From assembly GCA_910580185.1 (NCBI GenBank), contig CAJTWC010000002.1:16863-80862 (forward strand): a stretch of DNA of 64,000 nucleotides, given 5' to 3'. Source of the stretch: an uncultured Bacilli bacterium (lineage in GTDB: Bacteria > Bacillota_I > Bacilli_A > RF39 > UBA660). Of the stretch, positions 42,722 to 54,548 are shown one piece after another. Made by a program: the position numbers and the translations under genes. How positions within the stretch are numbered: the stretch's first letter is position 1; each line of letters opens with the position of its first letter. The notes beneath the pieces were generated by a model, which did no database searches, was not told where the DNA came from, and saw only the letters and a list, made by a program, of their open reading frames with translations.

Positions 42722-42812
42722 GCGAGAGTACCTAATTTAAGGTTAGTAACTATCCATTAGTGTTTTAACGGAAAAAGCGTACACCCCCTGGGTAAGTACG
42801 CTTTTTCTTTTA
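42722..42812 (+). ncRNA. Candidate about 90-nt small RNA (putative type I antitoxin), running from the above promoter to an intrinsic terminator
   Basis: No ORF; ends in hairpin aaagcgtac-accccctgggtaa-gtacgcttt (42774-42804) plus a T-run. Confidence 0.35.
42774..42804. terminator. Bidirectional intrinsic terminator shared by the convergent small RNA (plus) and small-peptide mRNA (minus)
   Basis: 9-bp GC-containing stem with U-runs on both strands. Confidence 0.5.
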
Positions 42813-42890
42813 TATTTTAAAAATCAGCAATGCTAATAATAAAATCAAAAGGATAATTATTACTCTTTGAAACTTTGTTTCACTTTTCAT
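42810..42890 (-). CDS. Candidate type I toxin: 26-aa hydrophobic peptide MKSETKFQRVIIILLILLLALLIFKI
   Basis: Charged N-terminus plus a single TM helix (Fst/TxpA-like architecture); weak GGGG SD; convergent with the small RNA and sharing its terminator. Confidence 0.35.
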   Translation of the reverse strand: MKSETKFQRVIIILLILLLALLIFKI

Positions 42891-43059
42891 AACCCCAAAC
42901 AGTTTTTTATTCTTCATAAAAAGATGGAAAGCTACTACCCATTTTAGGGACTCTCATATTCTAATTAGATAAAACTTTTGAAATTCCCCTAAAATTTTAA
43001 AAAAAATAAAAAAAGAAAGTTAAAAATAACCATCTTAAATATATAATTACTAATTTTAT

Positions 43060-43476
43060 TTATTTTTTTGGTGCTTCTGGTATAACTACATCCTCAAAAT
43101 AATTGAACGCATTTTTTTCTTTATTGCCATCAGCTAATGAATTAAATACACTTTCATATTTTTTATACTTAGACATAGTTCTTAAATCACCTATTTTACA
43201 TGTAATGGTATTAGATGTCTTATTGATAAATATAGTTAATTCATCCTTATCTGAATCATAACCTATTATAGAAACATTACCATATATATAGTGTACAAAG
43301 GCTTCCTTAGAAATAAGTCCCTCTATAAACTCTTCTTTTGTCATTGGTTTTTCTATATATTCCCTAATTAAATAATCTTTATCTATGGCCAATTTCTTAT
43401 TACCAACAGTCTGCATTAAAGCATTCATCATTTGATCTCCAGACCCAGCAATAGTTAAAATTTTTTTGTCGCTCAT
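43060..43476 (-). CDS. Hypothetical cytoplasmic protein (138 aa)
   Basis: Intact ORF with GAGGGGGA SD immediately after the rpoC terminator; no recognised family. Confidence 0.4.
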   Translation of the reverse strand: MSDKKILTIAGSGDQMMNALMQTVGNKKLAIDKDYLIREYIEKPMTKEEFIEGLISKEAFVHYIYGNVSIIGYDSDKDELTIFINKTSNTITCKIGDLRTMSKYKKYESVFNSLADGNKEKNAFNYFEDVVIPEAPKK

Positions 43477-43502
43477 ATAATCATCCCCCTCTGTTAAAGA
43501 AT

Positions 43503-43540
43503 AGCAAAAAAAAGAAAGAAAGTCAAATTTGACTTTCTTA
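43503..43540 (-). terminator. Rho-independent terminator of rpoC (overlaps the stop codon)
   Basis: Perfect 11-bp palindrome agaaagtcaaa/tttgactttct followed by a U-run on the minus strand. Confidence 0.55.
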
Positions 43541-46500
43541 ATCTACTAATTGTTCTTCTAATACATCAAGTGCATCGGTTTCTACTTGTTCACTTTCTAA
43601 GCCATATTTAACATTAGAATAAGTCTTAGAACCAGTACCTGCAGGTATTAGTTTACCAATAATAACGTTTTCTTTTAAACCTGTTAAGTGGTCCACCTTA
43701 CCTTTAATAGCAGCATCCGTTAAGATACGAGTAGTTTCTTGGAATGATGCAGCTGATAAGAATGAATCAGTTTCTAACGATGCTTTAGTAATACCAAGCA
43801 TTATTGGACGACCTGTAGCAGGTTTTTTACCTTGGATGATAGCTTCTTTATTAATTCTAGTAAATTCGTGCATTGAAACTAACTTACCAGATACAAGTGT
43901 TGTATCACCACCATCAGTAATCTTAATTCTAGCGATCATACGACGAGCAAGAATTTCAACGTGTTTATCAGAAACATCAACACCTTGTGATTTATAAACT
44001 TTTTGTACTTCTGCTAAAATATAGCTTTGAGCTGTGATTGGGTCAGTTACAGCAAGTAACTCTTTCGGATTAATAGAACCAACGTTAAGTTTGTCTCCTG
44101 CCTTTACTTCTTGTCCTAATTCTACACAAAGTTTAACCCCATAGTTTGTTGTGTGTTCCCTTGATTCAACATCATTGGTAATTTCAATTTTATATTTTCC
44201 GTTAATATCATCAATCTTAGTAATTTTACCATTAATTTCAGCAATTGTTGATTTAGCTTTAGGTATTCTAGCTTCAAATAACTCTTGTACACGAGGTAAA
44301 CCTTGAGTTATATCTTCGCCAGATGCAACACCACCAGTATGGAATGTTCTCATGGTTAACTGAGTACCTGGCTCACCTATTGATTGAGCTGCCATAATAC
44401 CAACTGCTTCACCTATTTCAACAACGTTACCAGTAGCTAAGTTAATACCGTAACAATGTTTACATACTCCACTTTCGGTTTTACAAGTAAGAGCCGTCCT
44501 GATTTCAACCTCAGTAATACCAGCCTTATCTATCTTGTCAGCTATTGGTTCAGTTATTAATTCATTTTTATCAATGATAACATTCTTAGTTTCCGGATCA
44601 ATAACTTTCTTATTTGTATAACGACCAACAATACGTTCATGAAGACTTTCTATTACAGTACCGGCATTTTCATCAATGAATGCCTTAACTACAACACCTT
44701 GAATAGTTCCGCAGTCTTCTTCTCTAACGATTACGTCTTGAACAACATCAACTAAACGCCTTGTTAAATAACCAGAGTCTGCTGTCTTTAATGCTGTATC
44801 GGCGTTACCTTTACGAGCACCATGTGTTGATATGAAGAATTCAGACACTGATAAACCATCTGTAAATGATGATGTTACTGGAATTTCTACCGCTTCACCA
44901 TTCGGTTTAGCAAGTAATCCACGCATACCAGCTAACTGTGTAAACTGTGATAAGTTACCACGTGCTTTAGAATTTATCATCATCATGATTGGGTTATCTG
45001 ATGGAGCTTCAACTTTAGCTTTTAATTCTGCTTGAACTTCATTAGTTGCAGCGTTCCATACAGCACAAACCTTTTCATAACGTTCTCTATCAGTTATTAA
45101 ACCACGTCTGTATTGTTTATTTATCGTATCAACGGTTTTTTGAGATCTTTCAACGATTTCATGTTTTTTATCACTTGTTTCAATATCCGCAACTGATATA
45201 GATATACCAGATAATGTAGAATACTTAAATCCTAAGTCTTTTAACTTATCTAGATATATAGATGTTTCAGTTGTTTTATAACGTTTGAATATTTGAGCTA
45301 TGATACTTTTTAATGCACCTTGAGGGAATGGTTTAACCAAATCCATTTTAGCAATTGCCTCTGGAATATTAGTTCCCTTTGGTAAGAAATACTTCATTGG
45401 TGTTAAGTTTTCAAAATTATCGTCAGTTGGTTCATTTATATATTGGAAGCCATCTGGTAATATCTCATTAAACTTTAACTTACCAACAGTAGTTACCAAG
45501 TACATTTCTTTTTGCTCTTCAGTAAACATATGATATTTAAATGACTTTGCTGGTAAAGCAATTCTTGCGTGTAATGTAAGTTCTTTTCTTTCATATGCGC
45601 TTATTGCTTCATCTGCATTTTTAAATATTCTACCTTCACCTTCAATACCAGCCTTTTCCATAGTGATATAGTAATTACCTAAAACCATATCTTGAGATGG
45701 AGTAACTATTGGTTTACCATCTTTTGGAGATAGAATGTTATTAGCACCAAGCATTAATATTCTAGCTTCTGCTTGAGCTGCTTCAGAAAGTGGTACGTGT
45801 ACAGCCATTTGGTCACCATCAAAGTCTGCGTTGAATGCAGCACAAACTAGTGGGTGTAAACGAATTGCTTTACCACTAACTAATTTAGGTTCAAACGCTT
45901 GAATACCTAATCTATGAAGTGTTGGAGCACGGTTTAACATTACTGGATGTTCTTGAATAACATCTTCTACAACGTCCCATACTCTTTCATCTTGATTTTC
46001 AATTAACTTTTTAGCAGATTTAATATTGTGAACAATATCTCTTTCTACTAAACCATGAATAACATGTGGCTTAAATAATTCTAAAGCCATTTCTTTTGGA
46101 ATACCACATTGATACATCTTAAGTGTTGGACCAACGGCGATAACACTACGTCCAGAATAATCAACACGTTTACCTAGTAAGTTTTGACGGAAACGTCCTT
46201 GCTTACCTTTCAACATAGAAGAAATTGATTTTAAAGGTCTATTGGATGGACCAGTAACATTTCTACCACGTCTTCCATTATCAAATAAAGCATCTACAGC
46301 TTCTTGTAGCATTCTTTTTTCATTTTGAACAATGATCGATGGAGCGTTTAATTCTAAGAGCTTCTTCAAACGATTATTACGGTTAATAACACGTCTATAT
46401 AAATCATTTAAATCACTTGTTGCAAAACGACCACCATCTAATTGAATCATTGGTCTTAATTCTGGAGGTATAACAGGAAGTGCTGTTAATATCATCCATT

Positions 46501-47170
46501 CAGGTTTATTACCTGATTTATCAAATGAATCTAAGATATCTAATCTTTTTAATAATCTTGTTCTTTTTTGTTCTGGAGCATCTTCTAATTCTTCTTCAAT
46601 CTTAGCTATTTCAGCTTTAACATCGATTTCTTTTAGAAGTTTTAAAATTGCTTCAGCTCCCATTCCTACTTCAAAAGTATTTCCATACTTTTCATAGTAA
46701 ACTCTGTATTCTTTATCAGATAAAGTTTGTTTCTTTTCTAAAGGAGCTGCTCCTGGATTAATTACTACATATGATACGAAGTATAATACTTCTTCTAAGT
46801 CTCTTGGAGACATATCAAGTACTAATCCCATACGACTTGGAACACCTTTAAAGAACCAGATGTGAGAAACTGGAGTAGCAAGTTCGATATGACCCATACG
46901 TTCACGACGAACTTTAGACTTAGTAACTTCTACTCCGCATCTATCACATATGATATCTTTATATCTTAATCTTTTGTACTTTCCACAAGCGCATTCATAA
47001 TCTTTTGTAGGCCCAAAGATTTTTTCACAGAACAAACCATCTCTTTCTGGTTTTAAAGTACGATAGTTAATTGTTTCTGGTTTTTTTACTTCTCCGTAAG
47101 ACCATTCTCTTATTTGTTCGGGTGAAGCGATTGAAATTTTAATTCCTTCAAATCTATTTGCGTTAAGCAT
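43538..47170 (-). CDS. rpoC: DNA-directed RNA polymerase subunit beta'
   Basis: 1210 aa; NADFDGD catalytic motif, zinc-binding CxxC...C; TAATG overlap with rpoB. Confidence 0.97.
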   Translation of the reverse strand: MLNANRFEGIKISIASPEQIREWSYGEVKKPETINYRTLKPERDGLFCEKIFGPTKDYECACGKYKRLRYKDIICDRCGVEVTKSKVRRERMGHIELATPVSHIWFFKGVPSRMGLVLDMSPRDLEEVLYFVSYVVINPGAAPLEKKQTLSDKEYRVYYEKYGNTFEVGMGAEAILKLLKEIDVKAEIAKIEEELEDAPEQKRTRLLKRLDILDSFDKSGNKPEWMILTALPVIPPELRPMIQLDGGRFATSDLNDLYRRVINRNNRLKKLLELNAPSIIVQNEKRMLQEAVDALFDNGRRGRNVTGPSNRPLKSISSMLKGKQGRFRQNLLGKRVDYSGRSVIAVGPTLKMYQCGIPKEMALELFKPHVIHGLVERDIVHNIKSAKKLIENQDERVWDVVEDVIQEHPVMLNRAPTLHRLGIQAFEPKLVSGKAIRLHPLVCAAFNADFDGDQMAVHVPLSEAAQAEARILMLGANNILSPKDGKPIVTPSQDMVLGNYYITMEKAGIEGEGRIFKNADEAISAYERKELTLHARIALPAKSFKYHMFTEEQKEMYLVTTVGKLKFNEILPDGFQYINEPTDDNFENLTPMKYFLPKGTNIPEAIAKMDLVKPFPQGALKSIIAQIFKRYKTTETSIYLDKLKDLGFKYSTLSGISISVADIETSDKKHEIVERSQKTVDTINKQYRRGLITDRERYEKVCAVWNAATNEVQAELKAKVEAPSDNPIMMMINSKARGNLSQFTQLAGMRGLLAKPNGEAVEIPVTSSFTDGLSVSEFFISTHGARKGNADTALKTADSGYLTRRLVDVVQDVIVREEDCGTIQGVVVKAFIDENAGTVIESLHERIVGRYTNKKVIDPETKNVIIDKNELITEPIADKIDKAGITEVEIRTALTCKTESGVCKHCYGINLATGNVVEIGEAVGIMAAQSIGEPGTQLTMRTFHTGGVASGEDITQGLPRVQELFEARIPKAKSTIAEINGKITKIDDINGKYKIEITNDVESREHTTNYGVKLCVELGQEVKAGDKLNVGSINPKELLAVTDPITAQSYILAEVQKVYKSQGVDVSDKHVEILARRMIARIKITDGGDTTLVSGKLVSMHEFTRINKEAIIQGKKPATGRPIMLGITKASLETDSFLSAASFQETTRILTDAAIKGKVDHLTGLKENVIIGKLIPAGTGSKTYSNVKYGLESEQVETDALDVLEEQLVD

Positions 47171-50100
47171 TATTCTTCATCCCCTTCCATAGAAGCATCA
47201 TCCATTTCATCTAACTGATCTTCAATTTCTGCTTCATAATCGTCTAATTCTTCTTCTGATATTTCTTCATCTTCTGACTCTGCCATTTCTTCTTCCGATA
47301 CAACATCTACTGTTTCTTTTGGTTTTACCATTGAAACATTATCTATTTCTTCGATCGATAGAGGAGCATTATCATTTTCTTCCTCTTCTTCTAAAGTTTT
47401 AATATCTATTTCTTTACCATCTTCATTAATCATAGCAACATTTAATCCTAAAGCTTGGAATTCTTTAACAAGAACTCGGAAACTTTCTGGAACGCCAGCT
47501 TGATCAATTGGTTTTCCTTTTACAATTGACTCATATACTTTAACACGGCCAACAACATCATCTGACTTAATAGTAACGATTTCTTGAAGTACGTTAGCAG
47601 CACCATAAGCATACAATGCCCAAACTTCCATTTCACCAAATCTTTGTCCGCCAAATTGAGCCTTACCACCAAGTGGTTGTTGTGTTACTAATGAATATGG
47701 ACCAGTTGCACGAGCATGTAATTTATCATCAACCATGTGGTCAAGTTTAATCATGTACATAACACCAACCGCTACACGATTATCAAATGGTTCACCAGTT
47801 TTACCATTGTATAAAACCGTTTTACCATCTGGATCCATACCAGCTTCTGCCATCATTTCTTGAATATCTGACCATTTAGCACCATCAAATACTGGAGTTG
47901 CAGTATGAACACCAAGCTTTTTAGCAGCCATACCTAAATGCATTTCTAGAATTTGCCCAGGATTCATACGAGATGGAACACCTAATGGGTTAAGTAAGAT
48001 ATCAACTGGTCTACCATCTGGTAAGTATGGCATGTCTTCTTGTGGAGCAACAAGTGAAATAACACCTTTGTTTCCGTGACGACCAGCCATTTTGTCACCA
48101 ACTTGAATCTTACGTTTTTGAACGATGTATACACGAATTTCCTTAGAAACTCCACTTGGAAGCTCATCAGAATCCTTCTTAGTATAAACTTTTATATCAT
48201 GAACGATACCAGCACCACCGTGTGGAACACGAAGTGACGTATCTCTTACTTCACGAGTCTTTTCTCCAAAGATTGCGTGTAACAATTTTTCTTCTGAAGT
48301 AAGTTCTACCATTCCTTTTGGTGTTACTTTACCAACTAAAATGTCACCTTCTTTAACTTCAGTACCAATTCTAATAATACCATTTGCATCTAAGTTCTTA
48401 CGCGCTTCTTCACTTACGTTAGGAATATCACGAGTAATTTCTTCAGGTCCTAACTTAGTATCACGACATTGGATTTCATAGTCTTCTATATATATTGATG
48501 TTAACACATCATCTTTTACCATTCTTTCATTAAGGATAACAGCATCTTCGTAGTTATATCCATTATAAGTCATGAATGCTACTACTAAGTTCTTACCTAA
48601 TGCTACTTCACCCTTATCAGTTGAAGGTCCATCAGCAATGATTTGTCCACGTTTAACCTTATCTCCAATCCTAACAATTGGTCTTTGATGATAACATGTA
48701 CCAGCATTTGATCCTTCAAAGTTCTTTAAGATGTAAGAATCTTTTCCGCCTTTAGTTTTAACGATTATTTTCTTACCATCTGCATATTCTACAACACCAT
48801 CTGCTTTAGCAATAACACATACACCTGAGTCTTTAGCAGCTTGTGCTTCAACACCAGTTGCAACTAGTGGAGCCTCAGCTCTTAAAAGAGGTAATGCTTG
48901 ACGTTGCATGTTAGATCCCATTAACGCACGGTGAGCATCATCGTGATCTAGGAATGGAACACAACTTGTAGTTACAGATACAACTTGTTGTGGAGCTACG
49001 TCAATATAATCGATTTGTTTCGGTGTAGCTAAAATATTTTCACCGTTTTGACGAGCTGGAACGTGTTCTTGGATTATTGTATCTCCATCCATTTCTACCT
49101 TAGCTTGAGCTATAATGTGTCCATTTTCTTCATCAGCTGTCAAATAATCTATTTGATCTTGTAATTTACCATCTTTTACTCTTCTATATGGAGTCATAAT
49201 AAATCCATAATCATTTATCTTTGCATAATTAGCAAGTGATGTAATAAGTCCGATATTGGCACCTTCTGGTGATTCAATTGGACAAATTCTACCATAGTGA
49301 GAAACATTTACGTCACGTACTTCCATAGCTGCTCTATCACGTGATAGACCGCCTGGTCCTAGAGCCGATAAACGACGCTTATTATTTAATTCTGATAACG
49401 GATTGATTTGATCCATAAACTGTGATAATGGACTTGATCCAAAGAATTCTTTAATAACAGCAGTTATTGGTCTAATATTAATTAAAGTTTTAGGAGTTGC
49501 TGCCTCAACATCTAAAGTAGACATTCTTTCACGAATAACCCTTTCCATACGAGCAACACCAATTCTAAATTGATTTTGTAATAATTCACCTACTTGTCTT
49601 AAACGACGATTTGATAAGTGGTCGATTTCATCTATAGAACCAACATTTTGTAAAAGATTCAAATAATATGATACAGATGCATATATATCTGATATAGTAA
49701 GTGTTTTAACATCAATAGTTGGATCATTACCTACTACTTTTATAATTTTATCAGGTTCTACTGGGGAATAAATGCTTATAACTTGTACATTAGTATGATC
49801 ATCAAGTTCTTTATCCATAGTAGCATCTACCATACCATAACCATCAGCAAGTATTGGTTTTAAAGTCTCTAAAACTTCATTAGTAATTTTAGTTCCTTTT
49901 TCAATTATAACCTTACCATCTACGGTAATATCTTCAGCTAACTTTTGATTTAATAAACGATCAATAACGTTAAGTTTTTTATTAAATTTATAACGTCCAA
50001 CCTTAGCTAAATCATATCTAAAGTTATCAAAGAATCTAGTAATTAATTGGTTCTTTGCACTATCAAGTGTAGCTGGTTCTCCAGGTTTTAATTTTTCATA

Positions 50101-50808
50101 AATTTCAAGTAAAGCCTCGTCTGTATTTTTAGTAGAATCCTTCTCTAAAGTATTCTTTAAATACTCATCTTCACCATATAATTTTAATATATCTTCATCA
50201 CTAGATAATCCAAAAGCTCTTAAAAATGCTGTGATAACAACCTTCCTATTACGGTCAATTCTAACATCTACAACATCTTTACTATTAAGCTTGTATTCTA
50301 GCCAAGTACCTCTAGTAGGTATGATTTGAGAAGAAATAATAGAACGTCCATTCTTGTCTATTTCTCTTCCATAATATACGCTTGGAGAACGTACTAATTG
50401 TGATACTATAACACGTTCTGAACCATTAAATATAAATGATCCTGAATCTGTCATAAGTGGCATATCACCTAAGAATATTTCTTGTTCTTTGACTTCACCT
50501 GTTTCATTGTTAAACAAACGAGTTTGAACTTTCAAAGGAGCAGCATAAGTAGTTTTCTTCTCCTTACATTCTTTGATAGTATGTCTTGGTTCATCAAATG
50601 AATATTCGCCAAATTCTAAAGATAATGTTCCAGAGAAATTTTCTACTGGGCTTATTTCTTCTAAAACTTCCTTAATTCCTTCTTGAACAAACCAATTGTA
50701 AGACTTTGTCTGTATCTCAAGTAAGTCTGCTAATTCTAATGAATTATTAACTCTTGAGAAGTCTCTTCTTTCACGGTATTCGTTTACTTTTCTTATCTTA
50801 TAAGCCAC
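47170..50808 (-). CDS. rpoB: DNA-directed RNA polymerase subunit beta (with about 80-aa poly-acidic C-terminal extension)
   Basis: 1212 aa; canonical beta motifs; C-terminal EEEEENDN...EGDEE tail. Confidence 0.97.
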   Translation of the reverse strand: MAYKIRKVNEYRERRDFSRVNNSLELADLLEIQTKSYNWFVQEGIKEVLEEISPVENFSGTLSLEFGEYSFDEPRHTIKECKEKKTTYAAPLKVQTRLFNNETGEVKEQEIFLGDMPLMTDSGSFIFNGSERVIVSQLVRSPSVYYGREIDKNGRSIISSQIIPTRGTWLEYKLNSKDVVDVRIDRNRKVVITAFLRAFGLSSDEDILKLYGEDEYLKNTLEKDSTKNTDEALLEIYEKLKPGEPATLDSAKNQLITRFFDNFRYDLAKVGRYKFNKKLNVIDRLLNQKLAEDITVDGKVIIEKGTKITNEVLETLKPILADGYGMVDATMDKELDDHTNVQVISIYSPVEPDKIIKVVGNDPTIDVKTLTISDIYASVSYYLNLLQNVGSIDEIDHLSNRRLRQVGELLQNQFRIGVARMERVIRERMSTLDVEAATPKTLINIRPITAVIKEFFGSSPLSQFMDQINPLSELNNKRRLSALGPGGLSRDRAAMEVRDVNVSHYGRICPIESPEGANIGLITSLANYAKINDYGFIMTPYRRVKDGKLQDQIDYLTADEENGHIIAQAKVEMDGDTIIQEHVPARQNGENILATPKQIDYIDVAPQQVVSVTTSCVPFLDHDDAHRALMGSNMQRQALPLLRAEAPLVATGVEAQAAKDSGVCVIAKADGVVEYADGKKIIVKTKGGKDSYILKNFEGSNAGTCYHQRPIVRIGDKVKRGQIIADGPSTDKGEVALGKNLVVAFMTYNGYNYEDAVILNERMVKDDVLTSIYIEDYEIQCRDTKLGPEEITRDIPNVSEEARKNLDANGIIRIGTEVKEGDILVGKVTPKGMVELTSEEKLLHAIFGEKTREVRDTSLRVPHGGAGIVHDIKVYTKKDSDELPSGVSKEIRVYIVQKRKIQVGDKMAGRHGNKGVISLVAPQEDMPYLPDGRPVDILLNPLGVPSRMNPGQILEMHLGMAAKKLGVHTATPVFDGAKWSDIQEMMAEAGMDPDGKTVLYNGKTGEPFDNRVAVGVMYMIKLDHMVDDKLHARATGPYSLVTQQPLGGKAQFGGQRFGEMEVWALYAYGAANVLQEIVTIKSDDVVGRVKVYESIVKGKPIDQAGVPESFRVLVKEFQALGLNVAMINEDGKEIDIKTLEEEEENDNAPLSIEEIDNVSMVKPKETVDVVSEEEMAESEDEEISEEELDDYEAEIEDQLDEMDDASMEGDEE

Positions 50809-50880
50809 GCAATTCCACCCCTAAACTATATAAATTTTTAAAGAACATGTCTAAAATTAAAGACACAGTACCAATTTAAA

Positions 50881-50909
50881 ATATTACAGGAAAAATCTAG
50901 TATTGTCAA
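50881..50909 (-). promoter_or_regulatory. rpoBC promoter (TTGACA-17-TAATAT)
   Basis: Minus-strand hexamers at plus 50904-50909 and 50881-50886, downstream of the preceding gene's terminator. Confidence 0.45.
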
Positions 50910-50926
50910 TAAATTTCATAAAAAAT

Positions 50927-50966
50927 AAGAAAAAAAACTATAATTCGGCAAAATTATAGTTTTAAA
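50927..50966 (-). terminator. Rho-independent terminator of the 330-aa ORF
   Basis: aactataatt-cggcaa-aattatagtt followed by a U-run on the minus strand. Confidence 0.5.
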
Positions 50967-50973
50967 AGCATAT

Positions 50974-51966
50974 TTATTTTGAATTATTTATTTTTACTAA
51001 TGGAAATACCACTTCTTCTTTTGATGCATCATAACTTTCATCAGAATCTAAATATTCATAAGAAGCATCAACTAATCTTATGGTATCTAGTTCTTTTATA
51101 CCAGAATCACCATCTATATAAAGGGGTAATTTTTTTGCATGTTTACTAACTAATAAAGACGTATTAGCTAATTCTTTTTTCCAATTAGGCCACCTCATAG
51201 CTTGTTCTAAAGCTCTATAATAAGTTTTCGAATATAAACAATTTTTCTTCTCTTCATCAGTTACGTTTTCAAAAAGGTTTTCAAAAAGATAAAGAAGCCT
51301 TGAAACTTTATCTTTTTCTATTGGTTTTTCCATGGTATGAGATAAAACAAAACGAATAATATTATTTTCTCCTTTAGAAATATCATCCTCTAATAAGGAT
51401 TCAATAGAATCTTTACTTATATACCCATATTCATCTTTAAATATGTCTTCAAATAAGCGTTCTATATTTACAGAGTCATCACACGTATACTCAAATCCGC
51501 CATAATATTGTTTTTTATTTAATTTAAATTTTATTTTATCTAAAACACTACTAAGTATATTACGAATATTTATAGATGAAAGATTACCATATTTATAAAA
51601 AATATCATTTAGTAAATTCACTTCATCTGGTTCTATTTCATTTTTTATATAATAATCCTCTGGTATTAAAACTGATTCATCTATTTCTTCTGAAATGACA
51701 CCATTTTCTTCTAACTCTCCTACAACTATGTCAGAATAATAAAATTCCCTAACAGCTGGAAACCCGATGTAGTGATAAGGATTAATAGCATCAGATGTTC
51801 CAACAAAACTAAAAGGTGAATGTGAATATCCAATAAACCCGTTTTTTAAATGACATAATTCTGCTATTAATAATAAATAATTTAACTTAGTTGCAGTCAA
51901 ATTATACTTCTTACCCGTTTTAAAATATAATTGAACTAAATAATTTCCACTATCTATAATGTTCAT
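50974..51966 (-). CDS. Hypothetical protein (330 aa, acidic), inserted between the ybxB-like methyltransferase gene and rpoB
   Basis: Intact ORF, own terminator; no family recognised; weak resemblance of the N-terminus to Panacea/DUF4065-type domains is not reliable. Confidence 0.4.
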   Translation of the reverse strand: MNIIDSGNYLVQLYFKTGKKYNLTATKLNYLLLIAELCHLKNGFIGYSHSPFSFVGTSDAINPYHYIGFPAVREFYYSDIVVGELEENGVISEEIDESVLIPEDYYIKNEIEPDEVNLLNDIFYKYGNLSSINIRNILSSVLDKIKFKLNKKQYYGGFEYTCDDSVNIERLFEDIFKDEYGYISKDSIESLLEDDISKGENNIIRFVLSHTMEKPIEKDKVSRLLYLFENLFENVTDEEKKNCLYSKTYYRALEQAMRWPNWKKELANTSLLVSKHAKKLPLYIDGDSGIKELDTIRLVDASYEYLDSDESYDASKEEVVFPLVKINNSK

Positions 51967-51984
51967 AATATAAACCTCATTTCT

Positions 51985-52590
51985 TTAATTAGCTCTTATT
52001 ATATAAAAACTTTTCTTTTTTGTAAATACTTCAACGCTACTATATACTTCTTTCATATCTCTTATTAATGATTCCGCGCCCTGTTGTTTTCTAACAACTA
52101 TCCATAATTCACCATTTTCTTTTAAATGATCTTTGGCTCCCATTATGATTTCATATAACTTTTCTTTACCAACTCTTATAGGCGGATTAGATACTATGTA
52201 ATCATAGTTATTATCTATATTTTCATAAGCATCTGATTCAAATACATTAGCATTTAAACTTTGTTCTTTTAGTGCCATCTTCGATAGATGAATAGCTCTT
52301 TTATTAACATCAGACATATCCACAGTAAAACCTAGTTTTGAAGCATATATTCCTATTGGGCCACAACCACATCCCATATCAAGTAAAGTATTTTCCTGTG
52401 GATAATTATATTCAAAAGTTTTAAGTAATAATTCTGTACCAAAATCTAACCCACCTTTAGAAAATACTCCGTTATCAGTATAAAAATAGTAACTTATACT
52501 GTGGATAACCGCATTTACTCTTTTTATTTCCGATTTTAAATTTTCGTCATTTGTAAAATAATGTGCCATTATATCAACTCCTAATAACAT
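51985..52590 (-). CDS. Class I SAM-dependent RNA methyltransferase (RsmC/YbxB-like small methyltransferase domain)
   Basis: DMGCGCGPIG SAM motif, NPPIRVG (NPPxH-like) motif; conserved position between rplL and rpoB. Confidence 0.7.
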   Translation of the reverse strand: MLLGVDIMAHYFTNDENLKSEIKRVNAVIHSISYYFYTDNGVFSKGGLDFGTELLLKTFEYNYPQENTLLDMGCGCGPIGIYASKLGFTVDMSDVNKRAIHLSKMALKEQSLNANVFESDAYENIDNNYDYIVSNPPIRVGKEKLYEIIMGAKDHLKENGELWIVVRKQQGAESLIRDMKEVYSSVEVFTKKKSFYIIRAN

Positions 52591-52621
52591 GTTTATTATA
52601 ACATTTATTAATAAACAAAAA

Positions 52622-52656
52622 AAGAGCTACAAACGTAACTCTTTAAGTACTTATTT
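52622..52656 (-). terminator. Partial terminator/attenuator after rplL
   Basis: AGAGUUAC-GUUU-GUAGCUCU (with one G-U pair) followed by UUUUUUU on the minus strand. Confidence 0.45.
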
Positions 52657-52662
52657 AACTAA

Positions 52663-53031
52663 TTATGCAAGTTCAACAGTAGCGCCAGCTTCTTCTAACT
52701 TAGCTTTGATGTCGTTAGCTTCATCCATTGGAACGTTTTCTTTAACATTTCCACCGTTATCAGCTAATGCTTTAGCTTCCATTAATCCTAAACCAGTAAT
52801 ATCTCTGATTGCTTTGATTACTTGGATCTTAGCTGCTCCAGCATCTTTTAATACTACTGTAGCGTCTGTCTTTTCTTCAGCAGCAGCGCCAGCAGCTGGT
52901 GCAGCAGCTACAGCTACAGCACTTGGATCAACTCCAAATTCCTCTTTCATTGCGTCTACTAATTCTTTTACTTCAAGAATCTTCATTTCTTTTATTGCAT
53001 CAATAATTTCTTGTGTACTTAATTTTGCCAT
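52663..53031 (-). CDS. rplL: 50S ribosomal protein L7/L12
   Basis: 122 aa, Ala-rich hinge, canonical sequence. Confidence 0.95.
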   Translation of the reverse strand: MAKLSTQEIIDAIKEMKILEVKELVDAMKEEFGVDPSAVAVAAAPAAGAAAEEKTDATVVLKDAGAAKIQVIKAIRDITGLGLMEAKALADNGGNVKENVPMDEANDIKAKLEEAGATVELA

Positions 53032-53060
53032 TTTTAAATTCCTCCTTATTTTTAATTAAA

Positions 53061-53555
53061 TTATTCTTCTTCTAGATTTTGACTATGTAAGTCAAGACAG
53101 ATAGCAACGTTTTTAACATGTTCCATTAATCCAGCAGCAAACATAGTAAGTAAGCCGTCTCTTGATGGTACGCTTGCTAATTGTTTTAATTCACTTAAGC
53201 TTGTTTCTTTTCCATCAACTATACCACCCTTTAATTCAAGTGCAGGATGATCCTTAGCGAAATCTGATAGAACTTTAATAGGTGCGATTGCATCTGATGA
53301 TGTTGCAATTGCAGATGGTCCTTCAAGACATTCATCTAAGTTGATAGATAATTTGTCAAATGCTCTTTTTGTTAAAGTATTTTTATATACTTTATAAGAA
53401 GCGTCTTGTTCACGCAATTTACGACGTAAATCAGTGATTTCTGCGTCAGTTAAACCACGGTAATCAAACAAAATTGCACTAGTTGCGTTTTTAACGCAAT
53501 CTGCTATTTCATTTACTACTTCTTCTTTTTTAGCAATTATAGCTTGGTTTGCCAT
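53061..53555 (-). CDS. rplJ: 50S ribosomal protein L10
   Basis: 164 aa canonical L10. Confidence 0.93.
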   Translation of the reverse strand: MANQAIIAKKEEVVNEIADCVKNATSAILFDYRGLTDAEITDLRRKLREQDASYKVYKNTLTKRAFDKLSINLDECLEGPSAIATSSDAIAPIKVLSDFAKDHPALELKGGIVDGKETSLSELKQLASVPSRDGLLTMFAAGLMEHVKNVAICLDLHSQNLEEE

Positions 53556-53574
53556 TATCTTACCTCCTTCATTA

Positions 53575-53760
53575 GTATAATAAGTACCTTTTATAAATTA
53601 AAAGATCCTCACGTCAAAGACATGAAGACCTTAAAATTCTTTGTTTGAACTCAAGTCCTCGGTAGGAATAATAGTTACGCAAATGTTTGCTCCTACTGTC
53701 TTTGGTACTTTATAATTAGCTGGTTTTTCCAGATAACTATCAATATTCTAAACTATTTAT
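53575..53760 (-). promoter_or_regulatory. Probable L10 (rplJ) autoregulatory leader
   Basis: About 200-nt untranslated leader with several stem-loops between rplA and rplJ, the position of the conserved L10 leader in Firmicutes. Confidence 0.4.
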
Positions 53761-53762
53761 TA

Positions 53763-54461
53763 TTATTTGTCAAATGATGCTAAATCAACTTTAACTCCAG
53801 GACCCATAGTTGATGCTAAAGAAACACCTTTAAGATAAATACCTTTAGCAGCTTGTGGTTTAGACTTTATGATTACATCCATAAAAGCCTTAACGTTTTC
53901 TACTAATTTTTCATCATCGAATGAAACTTTACCAACTAGTGCATGTACGTTAGCATATGAGTCTGTTCTGTATTCAACACGTCCTTTTTTAACGTCTTCA
54001 ACAGCTTTTTTAGTATCCATAGTAACCGTACCAGTTTTTGGGTTAGGCATTAATCCTTTAGGTCCTAAAACCTTACCTAACTTACCAAGCAATGGCATCA
54101 TTTCTGGTGTTGCAATAATTACGTCAAATTCAAACCAATTTTCTTTTTCAATTTTAGTAATCATATCAACATCACCAACAAAGTCAGCTCCAGCATCAAC
54201 AGCTGCTTTAGCAGCATCACCTTTTGCTAAAACTAATACTTTCTTAGCCTTACCAGTACCATGTGGTAATACGATTGCCCCTCTTAATTGTTGATCATTT
54301 TTCTTTGTATCTAAGTTTAATCTTACTGCTATTTCAACAGTTCCATCAAACTTAGACACTGAAGTTTCTTTAACTAACTTTACTGCTTCTTCTAAAGAAT
54401 ATAATTTACCCTTTTCGATTTTGCTTAAAGCTTCAGTATACTTCTTACTTTTCTTTCTCAT
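53763..54461 (-). CDS. rplA: 50S ribosomal protein L1
   Basis: 232 aa canonical L1. Confidence 0.95.
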   Translation of the reverse strand: MRKKSKKYTEALSKIEKGKLYSLEEAVKLVKETSVSKFDGTVEIAVRLNLDTKKNDQQLRGAIVLPHGTGKAKKVLVLAKGDAAKAAVDAGADFVGDVDMITKIEKENWFEFDVIIATPEMMPLLGKLGKVLGPKGLMPNPKTGTVTMDTKKAVEDVKKGRVEYRTDSYANVHALVGKVSFDDEKLVENVKAFMDVIIKSKPQAAKGIYLKGVSLASTMGPGVKVDLASFDK

Positions 54462-54548
54462 TTTCTTACCTCCTTGTGGTATATAGCGGATTTTCCTCCC
54501 ACATAGATAACTCTATATGTATTATTTTGTTTTAATTTTTTCTAATTA

